NCBI GenBank assembly: GCA_963719495.1
Contig: CAVRCI010000004.1
Location: 128,001-192,000 of the forward strand
Direction of reading: 5' to 3'
DNA from: an uncultured Verrucomicrobiae bacterium
GTDB lineage: Bacteria; Verrucomicrobiota; Verrucomicrobiia; Chthoniobacterales; JAATET01
DNA: 64,000 nt
The notes below the pieces were generated by a model that was given only the letters and a program-made list of their open reading frames with translations, did not search any database and was not told the DNA's origin. A program made the position numbers and the translations under genes. Of this stretch, positions 48,984 to 58,478 are shown piece after piece. Positions within the stretch are counted from its first letter, which is position 1. Each line of letters opens with the position of its first letter.

Positions 48984-50751
48984 TTAGTTCGTGAAGAGTT
49001 CCTGGAGATCCTTGACGGATTGGCGGGTGGCGAAATCGACGAAGGTTTCCTGGCCTTCACGCTGGTCGAGGTAGGTCCTGAGAACGCCCTCGAGGAGGGT
49101 GGGAATTTGAACGAACGGGATGCCGGTGAAGATCTGACGGCCAATCGTTTGCCCGCCGATGCTACGACCGCCGAGGACGACGTGGTAGCCGTCGACTTTC
49201 TCGCCGTGATGGGTGACCTGGGTGCCGACGAGGCCGATGTCGCCGATGTAATGCTGGGCGCAGGAGTTGGGGCAGCCGGTGAGGTGGATGTTGATCGGCT
49301 GATCGAGGGTGAGTTTTTTCTGGAGGTAGTTCGCGAGTTCCAAGCCCTGCGCTTTGGTCGCGGACTGCGCCCATTTGCAGCCCATGCTTCCGGTGCAGGC
49401 GACCAGGCCGCCGAGGACGGCGGTGGCTTCGTGGTGGAAGCCCATGCGAACGAGACTGCGTTTGACCGTCTCGACGAAGCCGTCCGAGACGTCGGGAATG
49501 AGGACGTTTTGCCAGACGGTGAGGCGGAGGGTGCCGGAGCCGTGGGCCGTCGCGAGATTCGCGAGGCGGTGCATCTGACGACTCGTCATGGTGCCGACCG
49601 GGGTGACGACACCGACGTAATTGAGGTGCGGCTGCGATTGCCGCCAAACGCCGATGTGAGCGTGCGGGATGGGTGGGGCGGGCGGGACGCAGTCCTTGAG
49701 GGCGAATGGGGTCAGCGGGAAGGCGAGCTTTTTCTCGGTTTCCTCGAGGAATTTGGGGATGCCCCACTTGTCGATGAGGTATTTGAGGCGGGCTTTTTTG
49801 CGGTTGGTGCGGTCGCCGTTCTCGACGAAGACGCGGACCATGGCGGCGGCGACGGTGATGCAATCCGCGGGCGGAATGAGGATGCCAGCGTCGGTGGCGA
49901 ATTGTTCGTGGCCGGTGATACCGGCGAGCTGGACGCGGAAGTAGACGCCGGGTTCGACGGATTTTCCCTCTGGCACGGTGACGGCGAGGAAGCCGATGTC
50001 GTTGGTCTCGGCGACCGTGGCGATGGCTCCGCCCCCGTTCGAAGGCGATGTTGAATTTCCGCGGGAGGCCATACATGTCGCGGTTGTTGAGGATGTAATG
50101 GTGCATCCCCTTGGCCAGCGGGCGGGTGTCGATGAGTTCGGCGCGGTCGATGCCGCCGGTGGCGGAGGCGGTGATGTTGCGGAGGTTATCGACTCCGGAG
50201 CCGCGGGCGGTGAGGCCGAGGTCCTGGAGTTTATTGAGGACGTTGACGGTGTTCTTGGCCTCGATCTCGCGGATTTGCAGGTTGCAGCGGGTCGTGACGT
50301 GGGCGTAGTCGCCGCCCCAGTCGTGGGCAATCTCGGCGATGCCGTGGAGTTGGGCCGAAGTGAGTTCGCCCCCGGGGATGCGCATCCGGAGCATGAAGGA
50401 TTCCTGAGCGGGCCCGACGTAGAAGAGGCCGAAATTCCGGAACTGGAAGGTGTTCCGTTTATCGGGGAATTTGTTTTCTCGGGCGTGTTCGACGAGAGCG
50501 TCCCAGGAGTCGAGGCCGTTCTGTTCGTGCTTCCAGACCTCGGGTTCGCAGAGGTCTTCGATGGGGGTGCCGTGGACGGTCGCCGCGGCGAGATTGGGGA
50601 GGCCGGAATCGGCGTCGCTGGTGAGGAGACCATCTGGCTGGTGGCCGATGAAGGGGGCACGCTGAGCGGCTCCGGCGAAGAACCCGGCGAGGTATTCCTT
50701 CTGCTCGGCGGAGAAGGGCTGGCTGTCGGGCAGGGTGGGCGGTTCGTTCAT
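48984..50751 (-). pseudogene. nirA: Siroheme nitrite reductase NirA with a +1 frameshift at about 50038-50039 (real mutation or sequencing error)
   Basis: N-half (MNEPP...TTRCNLQIR...LPRKFNIAF) and C-half (GGGAI..ACTG..GC..TGCPNSCAQH) are in different frames; TTCGAACGGG would read F-D-G with one A removed. Confidence 0.8.
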
Positions 50752-50756
50752 GGGAT

Positions 50757-51557
50757 TTAATCGGCCAGGACGGGATCGCCGAAGCGCTCGTAGAGAAAAT
50801 CGAGGACTTGATTGCGGAGGGCGTAGTAGCGCGGGTCTTCCCCGATCTCGGCGCGGGAGCGGGGGCGTTCGAACGGGACGTCGAAGATCTCGCCGATGGT
50901 GGCCTCCGGGCCGTTGGTGAGCATGACGAGGCGGTCGGCGAGGAGGATGGCTTCGTCGATGTCGTGGGTGATCATGACGACGGTGGTGCGGGTGGCTTCC
51001 CAGATCTCGAGGAGCTGATCCTGGACTTCTTCGCGGGTGAGGGCGTCGAGGGCACCGAAGGGTTCGTCGAGGAGGAGGACTTTGGGGCGAATGGCCAGGG
51101 CGCGGGCGATGGCGACGCGCTGCTTCATGCCGCCGGAGAGTTCGCCGGGGCGCTTGTGGGCGCTGGCGGTGAGGCCGACCATGTCGAGGTGTTCGTCGGT
51201 GATGCGGGCGCGCTCGGCTTTGCTCGCTTTGGGCATCGTGGCGCTCACGGCGAGGTGAACGTTCTCGGCCGCGGTGAGCCACGGGAGGAGCGAGTAGTTC
51301 TGGAAGACCATCATGCGGTCGGGGCCGGGTTCGGTGACCTCGGTGCCTTGCAGAATGACGCCGCCCTCGGTGGGGTTGCTCATGCCGGCGATCGCGTTCA
51401 TGAGGGTCGACTTGCCGCAGCCGGAGTGGCCGAGGAGGACGATGAATTCGCCTTCCTGGACGTCGAGCGAAATGTCCTTGAGAACGCAGGCGGGTGGGGC
51501 GCCGGCGCGGCCGGGGAAGGTCTTGGAGAGTTTGGAGAGTTCGAGGTAGGAGCTCAT
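50757..51557 (-). CDS. nrtD: Nitrate ABC transporter ATP-binding subunit
   Basis: [39 protein letters not shown]. Confidence 0.88.
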   Translation of the reverse strand: MSSYLELSKLSKTFPGRAGAPPACVLKDISLDVQEGEFIVLLGHSGCGKSTLMNAIAGMSNPTEGGVILQGTEVTEPGPDRMMVFQNYSLLPWLTAAENVHLAVSATMPKASKAERARITDEHLDMVGLTASAHKRPGELSGGMKQRVAIARALAIRPKVLLLDEPFGALDALTREEVQDQLLEIWEATRTTVVMITHDIDEAILLADRLVMLTNGPEATIGEIFDVPFERPRSRAEIGEDPRYYALRNQVLDFLYERFGDPVLAD

Positions 51558-53377
51558 GCTGGGATAAGGTTGGTTTCGCGCGGAGGCGCGGAGGCGCGGA
51601 GGGATGGATACACTTGGTCGATGGTGGCTTCGCGGTCCTTGGGGGGAGTGATGAGGTTCCAGCGGGTGAGCTCGGTGAGGAGCCAATGGGCTTCTTCGCG
51701 GGTGGGGGTGGTGTCGGAGAAGACGTTGAAGTTGGGGGTCGTTGCCGTCTTGCCGTGGCCGTAGTCGTAGGTGCCGTTGAGGCCGGTAGCGCTGTAGGCG
51801 GGATCGGCGTTGGCGTAAGACTTCCGGGAAATGATCTCGATGAGTTCGGGGCGGTTGGCCATTTTGTCGCACCAGACGCAGGCCTCCTCAATGGCCGCGC
51901 GGATGGCGGCGTGTTTGTCGGGATTGGCTTCGGCCCACGGGGAGGTGGTGCCGAGGATTTTTTCCGGGTGGCCGGGAAGGAGATCGAGGTCCGTCGCAAC
52001 GACGTAGCCGGTGCCTTCGTGGACGGCGCGGGCGTTCCAGGGTTCGCCGACGCAGTAGCCGTCGAGATTCCCAGCGGCGAGGTTGGCGACCATCTGGGCG
52101 GGTGGGACGGAGATGATCTCGACGTCGTGGTCGGGGTCGATTCCGGCGTCGGCGAACCAGCGGCGGAGGATGAGATTGTGCATGGAGGTGGGAAAGACCA
52201 TGCCGAAGATGAGCTTGCGGTGGGTCGGGTCGCGGCGCGGAAGGTAGGCGGCAAGGTCGGCGGCGGACTGGATGCCGAGGGCGTGGAAACGCTCGGCGAG
52301 GGTGATGGCGTTGCCGTTGCGGCTGAGGACCATCGAGGCGATGAGCGGTTTGGCGGGTTGATCGTTGGTGGGGAGCGCGGCTCCGAGCGGCAGGCCGGCG
52401 ACCATGGCGGCGAGGTCGAGACGGCCTTCGGTGACGCCGTCGAGGATGGCCTTCCAACTCGGCTCGCGGCTGAGTCGCACGTCGACTCCGTGCTTTTTGA
52501 AGAGTCCGTGCTCCTGGGCGACGGCGAGCGGGGCGCAGTCGGAGAGGGGGATGAAGCCGATGTCGGTGGTCGTGCGGGGGGCGATGGGACCGCTTTTTTT
52601 GACCTTGTGCTTGTTGAGGAAGTAGAGGAGTTCGTTGCGTTGGCGGTAGTAGTTCGGGTGATTGATGGACTCGGCGCGGGTGCGGGGCCGGGGGAGGCCG
52701 ACGGTCATGAGTTCGCCGACCTTCGCGGCGGGGCCGTTGGACATCATGACGACGCGGTCGGAGAGGAGGAGGGCCTCTTCGACGTCGTGGGTGACCATGA
52801 GGACGGTGATGCGGTGGGCTTCCCAGATGCTTAGTAATTGCTCCTGCAGTCGGCCGCGGGTGAGGGCGTCGAGGGCGCCGAAGGGTTCGTCGAGGAGGAG
52901 GACGCGGGGCTTGGTGACGAGGGCGCGGGCGATGCCGACGCGCTGCTTCATCCCGCCGGAGATTTCGCCGGGGAATTTGTCGGCGGCGGGGACGAGGGAG
53001 ACCATGGCTAAGTGCTCGTCGACGAGGGCGGTGCGGTCGGCCTTGGAGAGTCGGGAGTGGACGGCGTCGACGCTCAGGCGGACGTTGGCGCGCACCGTTA
53101 GCCACGGGAGGAGGGAGTGGTTCTGAAAAACAAACATGCGGTCGGGGCCGGGGCCGGTGACGGGTTTGCCGCCGACGGTGATGCTGCCGGTGTCGCAGGG
53201 GTGGAAGCCGCCGACCATGTTGAGGAGGGTGGATTTCCCGCAGCCGGAGTGGCCGATGAGGGCGACGAATTCGCCTTCGCTAACGCGCAAATTGACCCCT
53301 TGGAGGGCGGGGAATTTTTTTCCGTTGGGAGCAGTGAACGTTTTGCTGACGTCCTGGATGTCGATGAAAGTGGTCAA
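51554..53377 (-). CDS. nrtC: Nitrate ABC transporter ATP-binding subunit with a C-terminal NrtA-like domain
   Basis: ABC motifs, then [35 protein letters not shown] start. Confidence 0.88.
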   Translation of the reverse strand: MTTFIDIQDVSKTFTAPNGKKFPALQGVNLRVSEGEFVALIGHSGCGKSTLLNMVGGFHPCDTGSITVGGKPVTGPGPDRMFVFQNHSLLPWLTVRANVRLSVDAVHSRLSKADRTALVDEHLAMVSLVPAADKFPGEISGGMKQRVGIARALVTKPRVLLLDEPFGALDALTRGRLQEQLLSIWEAHRITVLMVTHDVEEALLLSDRVVMMSNGPAAKVGELMTVGLPRPRTRAESINHPNYYRQRNELLYFLNKHKVKKSGPIAPRTTTDIGFIPLSDCAPLAVAQEHGLFKKHGVDVRLSREPSWKAILDGVTEGRLDLAAMVAGLPLGAALPTNDQPAKPLIASMVLSRNGNAITLAERFHALGIQSAADLAAYLPRRDPTHRKLIFGMVFPTSMHNLILRRWFADAGIDPDHDVEIISVPPAQMVANLAAGNLDGYCVGEPWNARAVHEGTGYVVATDLDLLPGHPEKILGTTSPWAEANPDKHAAIRAAIEEACVWCDKMANRPELIEIISRKSYANADPAYSATGLNGTYDYGHGKTATTPNFNVFSDTTPTREEAHWLLTELTRWNLITPPKDREATIDQVYPSLRASAPPRETNLIPA

Positions 53378-53380
53378 TTT

Positions 53381-53796
53381 ATTTATGATTTACCATTTAT
53401 GATTTATGATTTGGGGTGAGTCATGAATCGGGATCAACTTGCCGCTCGGACGAAGGATTTTGCGAAGCGAGTGCTGCGAGTCGCTGAGGCGCTGCCGACT
53501 GGGTATGCCGGGAGAACGATTGGCGGTCAGATTTGTCGGAGTGGCTGCTCGGTCGCCGCGAACTACCGCGCGGCCTTGAGGGGTAAGTCTCGGGCTGACT
53601 TCGCCAACAAGATTACGATTGTCCTCGAGGAGGCCGACGAAACGATGTTCTGGCTCGAGATGGTGGGTGAGATGGACCTTCTCGCCGAAGACCGAATCAA
53701 GCCGCTCCTGGCCGAGGCTGAAGAGCTGGTCAAGATCTTCGGAGCGACTCTCGCCACCACCAAAAATCATAAATCGTAAATCATAAATCATAAATC
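53381..53796 (+). mobile_element. Four-helix-bundle cassette bounded by inverted (ATTTATG)n / (CATAAAT)n arms
   Basis: Left arm 53381-53412, right arm 53764-53796; lies antisense between nrtB and nrtC. Mobility is inferred. Confidence 0.6.
53423..53779 (+). CDS. Four helix bundle protein (23S rRNA intervening-sequence protein family)
   Basis: RTKDFA.RV, QICRSGCSVAANYRAA.R.KSRADF.NK..IVLEEADET.FWLE. Confidence 0.9.
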   Translation: MNRDQLAARTKDFAKRVLRVAEALPTGYAGRTIGGQICRSGCSVAANYRAALRGKSRADFANKITIVLEEADETMFWLEMVGEMDLLAEDRIKPLLAEAEELVKIFGATLATTKNHKS

Positions 53797-53809
53797 AGGC
53801 TGGCGACGG

Positions 53810-54838
53810 TCAGTGTTGGAAGCCGACAAGGCGTTGAAGAATCACCATCAGCTGGTCCAGTAAGAATCCAACCAGCCCGATGATGAAGACGGCTACGAAG
53901 ATTTGGGCGAGGGTTTGGCTCGAGCCGTTTTGATACATGTCCCAGATGAATTTTCCCAAGCCGGGGTTCTGGGCCAACATCTCGGCGGCGATGAGGACCA
54001 TCCAGCCAACTCCGAGGCTAAGGCGGAGGCCGGTGAAGATGAAGGGGAGGGCGGAGGGGATGATGATCTTGGTGACTCGGGTCCAGGGGCTTAGCTTGAG
54101 GACGCGGGCGACGTTGAGGTGGTCTTTGTCGATGGAGGCGACGCCGACGGCGGTGTTGATGAGGGTGGGCCAGAGCGAACAGACGGCGACGGTGATCGCG
54201 GAGCTGAGGAAGGCTTTTTCGAAGAGGGGGTCGGTCGGGTTGTAGAGGGCGCTGACCAGGATCATGATGATGGGGAGCCAGGCGAGGGGGGAGACGGGCT
54301 TGAAAATCTGGATGAAGGGCGCGATGGCGCTGTCGACCCACTTGTTGGACCCGGCGAGGATGCCGATGGGGATCGCGATGACGGACGCGATGAGGAATCC
54401 GAAGAAAACGGTGTAAATGCTGGTGAAGACCTGGTCGACGATGGTGGGCTTGCCGGCGTATTTGCGATCCGGGTAGGTTCGGTCGGGGAACTTGGCTTCG
54501 TATTTGGCCTTCTTCTCGTCGAGGCTGGCGTAGAAGTCGCGGGCTTTCGTTCGCTCGTTGGCGTGGTCCTGCCAGAGGGCGGCGCCTTCCTTCCAGGTGG
54601 CGACGGGGCCGGGGATGCTGCCGAAGTTGACTTGGATGTTGGCGGCGACGACGCCCCAGACGACGAGGAAAAGGAGGAAGGCCACCGCGGGGGCGGCGAC
54701 CTTCTGGAGGACGGTGGTGGCGTGGGCGGCGAGCTTGGCGGTATTCAATCTTGGCTTCGTTGCCGGGGGCGTCACGGCGACCGCCGGTGCCTCCGCGAGG
54801 GGCGCGGTGGGTGGGATGGCTTCGGCGGTTTGGCTCAT
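53810..54838 (-). CDS. nrtB: Nitrate ABC transporter permease
   Basis: [46 protein letters not shown]. Confidence 0.9.
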   Translation of the reverse strand: MSQTAEAIPPTAPLAEAPAVAVTPPATKPRLNTAKLAAHATTVLQKVAAPAVAFLLFLVVWGVVAANIQVNFGSIPGPVATWKEGAALWQDHANERTKARDFYASLDEKKAKYEAKFPDRTYPDRKYAGKPTIVDQVFTSIYTVFFGFLIASVIAIPIGILAGSNKWVDSAIAPFIQIFKPVSPLAWLPIIMILVSALYNPTDPLFEKAFLSSAITVAVCSLWPTLINTAVGVASIDKDHLNVARVLKLSPWTRVTKIIIPSALPFIFTGLRLSLGVGWMVLIAAEMLAQNPGLGKFIWDMYQNGSSQTLAQIFVAVFIIGLVGFLLDQLMVILQRLVGFQH

Positions 54839-54872
54839 GGGAGTCTTAAGTTTATAAGAATTAAGAATTAAG

Positions 54873-56192
54873 TTATTTCAGGCCGACTTTCAGCGACTCG
54901 AGGTAGGCGTTGGGTTGCTTGCCGTCGTAGGTGATGCCGTCGATGAAGGCGTCGGTGGCGGGGCGGTAGCCGTCGGTTTTCGGAATGTCGGAGTCCGTCA
55001 GGAAACCATCTTCCTGAAGGGATTTGGCGGCTTCCAAGTAGATGGCGGGCTTGTAGACGGACTTGGCGGTCTCGGCATACCAGTCGTCGGTCTTGGTCTC
55101 GGCGATCTGGCCCCAGCGGCGCATCTGGGTGAGATACCAGATGGCGTCGCTGTAGAAGGGATAGGTGGCGTCGTAGCGGAAGAAGACGTTGAAGTCGGGG
55201 AGCTCGCGGACGTCGCCTTTCTCGTATTCGAAGGTGCCGGTCATGCTGGCTTCGATGACTTCGACGTCGGCCCCGACGTATTCGGGGCGGGAGAGGATTT
55301 CGCAGGCCTTCTTGCGGTTTTCCGTGCTGTCATCCAGCCATTTGCCGGCGCGGATGAGGGCTTTGACGACGGCGATGTGGGTCTGCGGGTTTTCGGTGGC
55401 CCATTTTTCGGAGACGCCGAAGACTTTTTCGGGATTGTTTTTCCAGATCTCGTAGTCGGTGATGACGGGAACGCCGATGCCTTTGAAGACGGCTTGTTGA
55501 TTCCAAGGTTCGCCGACGCAGTAGCCCTGGATGGTGCCTTGGGCGAGGGTGGCGGGCATTTGCGGCGGGGGGGTGACGCTGAGGAGAATGTCGGCGTCGG
55601 TGGTGCCGGTGGTGTCGCCGTTGGTGTAGAAGCCGGGGCTGATCCCGGCGGCGGCGAGCCAGTAGCGGAGTTCGTAGTTGTGCGTGGAGACCGGGAAGAC
55701 CATGCCGAACTTGAGCGGGGTGCCGGCGTTTTTGTATTGCTCGGCGATCTTGGCGATGGTGTCGGCGGTGATGGGGTGTTCGGGTTTTTCCTTGGCTAAG
55801 TTGGGGTCGAGCGCCTGCATCTGTTTCCAGATTTCGTTGGAGACGGTGATGGCGTTGCCGTTGAGATCCATGCTGAAGGCGGTGATGATGGGGGCCTTGG
55901 TGCCGATGCCGATGGTGGCCCCGAGGGGTTGGCCAGCGAGCATGTGGGCGCCGTCGAGTTCGCCGCTGATGACGCGGTCGAGAAGGACCTTCCAGTTCGC
56001 CTGAGCTTCGATTTCGACGAAGAGGCCTTCGTCTTCGAAGTAGCCGAGCTCCTTGGCGATGATGAGCGGGGCGCAGTCGGTGAGCTTGATGAAGCCGAAC
56101 TTGAGTTCGATCTTTTCGGCGTCGATGACGCCGGCGTGGGTGGTGAGGGCGAGGCCGAGGATGGCGGCGAGAGTGGTGAGTTTGTGGATCAT
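54873..56192 (-). CDS. nrtA: Nitrate ABC transporter substrate-binding protein
   Basis: Signal peptide; [43 protein letters not shown]. Confidence 0.9.
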   Translation of the reverse strand: MIHKLTTLAAILGLALTTHAGVIDAEKIELKFGFIKLTDCAPLIIAKELGYFEDEGLFVEIEAQANWKVLLDRVISGELDGAHMLAGQPLGATIGIGTKAPIITAFSMDLNGNAITVSNEIWKQMQALDPNLAKEKPEHPITADTIAKIAEQYKNAGTPLKFGMVFPVSTHNYELRYWLAAAGISPGFYTNGDTTGTTDADILLSVTPPPQMPATLAQGTIQGYCVGEPWNQQAVFKGIGVPVITDYEIWKNNPEKVFGVSEKWATENPQTHIAVVKALIRAGKWLDDSTENRKKACEILSRPEYVGADVEVIEASMTGTFEYEKGDVRELPDFNVFFRYDATYPFYSDAIWYLTQMRRWGQIAETKTDDWYAETAKSVYKPAIYLEAAKSLQEDGFLTDSDIPKTDGYRPATDAFIDGITYDGKQPNAYLESLKVGLK

Positions 56193-56207
56193 GGTGTGGT
56201 TGGTGGG

Positions 56208-57293
56208 TCAGGCGGTGACTAATTGGCGGGTCCGGGTGGTTTGGTTTTTCGTAATGAGGTCGGGTTCGAGAAAGGCGTCGAAGCAGAGGCGGCGCGCATC
56301 ACTGTCGAGGGGAGCGGGGTTGGATTCGGCGAGGGCGTCGAGGCACCACTCGGCGCGATCGTGCGTGGCGGCGTTGGCCGATCCGCGATAAAACCGGAAG
56401 AGGTCGCCGGGCAGATCGCTGGATTTCGGAACGCCGGTTTGGAATGGGCCGACGAGCGAATTGCGCAGGGTGTCCTCACTCAGGCCGGGAAAGATGCGGC
56501 GCTCGTGGAGGAGCTGCGCGACGGCGGGGCGGTTCGCGGGATCGTCGCAGAATTTGCAGGCTTTGATGAGCGCGGCGCGAAGGGCCTGGCAGGCACCGGG
56601 GGCTTTCGCGCGAACGGAGTCACGCATCATGAGCACCTTTTCGGGGTGGTTTGGTGCGATGCTGCCGCTTGTGGCGATGATCCAACCGTCGCCCGCGAGG
56701 GCGGCTTGGGAATTCCAGGGTTCGCCGACGCAGAAGCCGTCGATGAGGCCCGCCCGGAGGTGTTCGCCGACGAGGGGTGGGGGCAGGACGACGGTGCGGA
56801 CGTCGCGGTCGGGGTGAAGACCGCAGGAGCGGAGCCACTCGCGCAGGAGAAAGGGATGGCTGGAGTGGGCGGAGGCGACGGCGAAGGTGGGGCGGCGGGG
56901 GGCTTCGCCGCGGAGCGTGAGGCGGAGGCTGGCGGCGTCGCGGACGCCCTTTTCCCAGAATCGGCGCGAGAGGGTGATGGCGTTGCCGCCGAGGTTGATG
57001 ACGAGATCGGTGGAGACGGGGCGGGGGCGGGTGAGGGTGCCGAGGAGAATTGAAAAGAGGAGTCCGCCGGGCGCGTGGGCGGCGTCGAGTTCGTCGTAGA
57101 CGATCTTTTCGCGGATGGATCCCCAGCCGAGTTCGGCGCTGAGTCGGACGTCGAGCCCGGCTTTGCGGAAGAGGCCGCGTTCTTCGGCGACTAGGAGGGG
57201 GGCGGCGTCGATGAGGGGGACGTAACCGATACGAAAATCACCACGCGTCGGGGTGACGATGGGTTTCGTTGATTTGACGAAGGCCTTGGACAC
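56208..57293 (-). CDS. Cytoplasmic NrtA-like nitrate sensor (NasS-like)
   Basis: IGYVPLIDAAPL, GNAITL, GFCVGEPWNS, HPEKVL; no signal peptide; start uncertain. Confidence 0.7.
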   Translation of the reverse strand: MSKAFVKSTKPIVTPTRGDFRIGYVPLIDAAPLLVAEERGLFRKAGLDVRLSAELGWGSIREKIVYDELDAAHAPGGLLFSILLGTLTRPRPVSTDLVINLGGNAITLSRRFWEKGVRDAASLRLTLRGEAPRRPTFAVASAHSSHPFLLREWLRSCGLHPDRDVRTVVLPPPLVGEHLRAGLIDGFCVGEPWNSQAALAGDGWIIATSGSIAPNHPEKVLMMRDSVRAKAPGACQALRAALIKACKFCDDPANRPAVAQLLHERRIFPGLSEDTLRNSLVGPFQTGVPKSSDLPGDLFRFYRGSANAATHDRAEWCLDALAESNPAPLDSDARRLCFDAFLEPDLITKNQTTRTRQLVTA

Positions 57294-57305
57294 GCGATTT
57301 CTTTG

Positions 57306-57321
57306 AGCATCGGCGGTGCCA
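57306..57321 (-). promoter_or_regulatory. Candidate sigma-54 -24/-12 promoter for the nitrate operon
   Basis: TGGCACCGCCGATGCT on the minus strand (GG-N10-GC). Confidence 0.5.
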
Positions 57322-57370
57322 TCGCGCCGAATCCGTTCCAAAAATGGCGTGATTGTTTTCTTCGGAAATG

Positions 57371-57385
57371 ATGAATGGGATTCAT
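57371..57385. promoter_or_regulatory. Candidate LysR box ATGAAT-GGG-ATTCAT (T-N11-A)
   Basis: Inverted repeat just upstream of the LysR start. Confidence 0.55.
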
Positions 57386-57387
57386 TC

Positions 57388-58308
57388 ATGGAATCCGACC
57401 TCGACCTCCGATTGCTCCGGGTGTTTACGACGCTTGCACGGGTGGGGAGTTTTACCCGAACGGCGGAGCTGATGAGCGTGACGCAGTCGGCGATCAGTCA
57501 CGGGATGAAGCGGCTGGAGGAGCAGCTTGGGTGTCCTCTGATCTACAAGAAGGGCAAAACGACGCACCTGACACCGGAGGGGCGGCGATTTTTGGGTCAG
57601 GTGCTTCGGATTCTCGACGCGGTGGATCGGGCGGCGGAGTCGGTGTCGACGAAGGGCGCCGCGTCGGGGAAGCTGAGTGTGATTTTCACGACATCGATGG
57701 CGCAGTCGATCCTGGCACCGGTTCTACGGGAGTTTCGCGAGTCGTATCCGGACGTGTCGGTGATCGTGAAGTTGCAAAACTCGCCGCAGGCGGTGAAGGA
57801 AGTCGAGGAAGGGACGGCGGATCTGGCGTTGGTGGTAGAGGATGTGCTGCCGGTGGGTTTGAAGGCGCATCCGCTCTTCGAGGATCAGCTCGAGTTACTG
57901 GTCTCGCCGTTGCATCGGTGGGCGGACGTGAAGCGGTTGTCGACGGCGGATTTGTCGAAGGAGCACTTTCTGCTTTATCAGCAGGGGAGCGTCACGTTTC
58001 GGCGGATGGAGGATTATTTTTTGCAGTGCGGCGTGCGGTTGCAGTCCTACGTGGAGATTCCGAGTTTCGAGGTGATGAAGCAGCTGGCGCGGTTGGGCCT
58101 GGGGGTGGCGCTGATGGCTCCGTGGGTGGCGGCCGATGAACTGGCGGACGGGTCGCTGGTGGCGCGGCCAACTCCCAAGTCTACCGTTAAGCGAAAATGG
58201 GTCGTGGTGCATCAGGGGCACCGGGTGCTGCGGGAGACGGAGCAGACGTTTATCGGGCTTTGCCGAATGGCGGCGGCGCGGGTGGAGGGGAGGGGGGTGG
58301 GTGGGTGA
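57388..58308 (+). CDS. LysR-family transcriptional regulator
   Basis: LRVFTTLARVGSFTRTAELMSVTQSAISH..KRLEEQLG, LTPEG. Confidence 0.95.
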   Translation: MESDLDLRLLRVFTTLARVGSFTRTAELMSVTQSAISHGMKRLEEQLGCPLIYKKGKTTHLTPEGRRFLGQVLRILDAVDRAAESVSTKGAASGKLSVIFTTSMAQSILAPVLREFRESYPDVSVIVKLQNSPQAVKEVEEGTADLALVVEDVLPVGLKAHPLFEDQLELLVSPLHRWADVKRLSTADLSKEHFLLYQQGSVTFRRMEDYFLQCGVRLQSYVEIPSFEVMKQLARLGLGVALMAPWVAADELADGSLVARPTPKSTVKRKWVVVHQGHRVLRETEQTFIGLCRMAAARVEGRGVGG

Positions 58309-58478
58309 CGTGAATGGTGGGTGGTGGAATGCGAATGCGGCGCGGGGTTGGACCGCGCCGCTTGGGTTGATTTGAGGCGGCTTGGGCCGCCTTTGGGGTC
58401 GGCTCTCTCGCTTTGCTCGATTTGCCAGGTGATGCGGCGGGACGCCGCATCTCGCACGCGGGGACGCGTGCGCTCCCC

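Noticed and set aside
49162..52254. 1030-aa ORF in the track
   Set aside because: Chimeric: off-frame sequence over nrtC/nrtD plus the true NirA N-half running on past the frameshift
53423..53779. Four-helix-bundle gene as the Avd of a diversity-generating retroelement, or as an rRNA IVS
   Set aside because: No reverse transcriptase, TR/VR pair or rRNA gene in the window
57294..57389. Extended NasS-like start at 57389 and LysR start at 57316
   Set aside because: The two would overlap head to head and cover the likely promoter elements; shorter starts preferred
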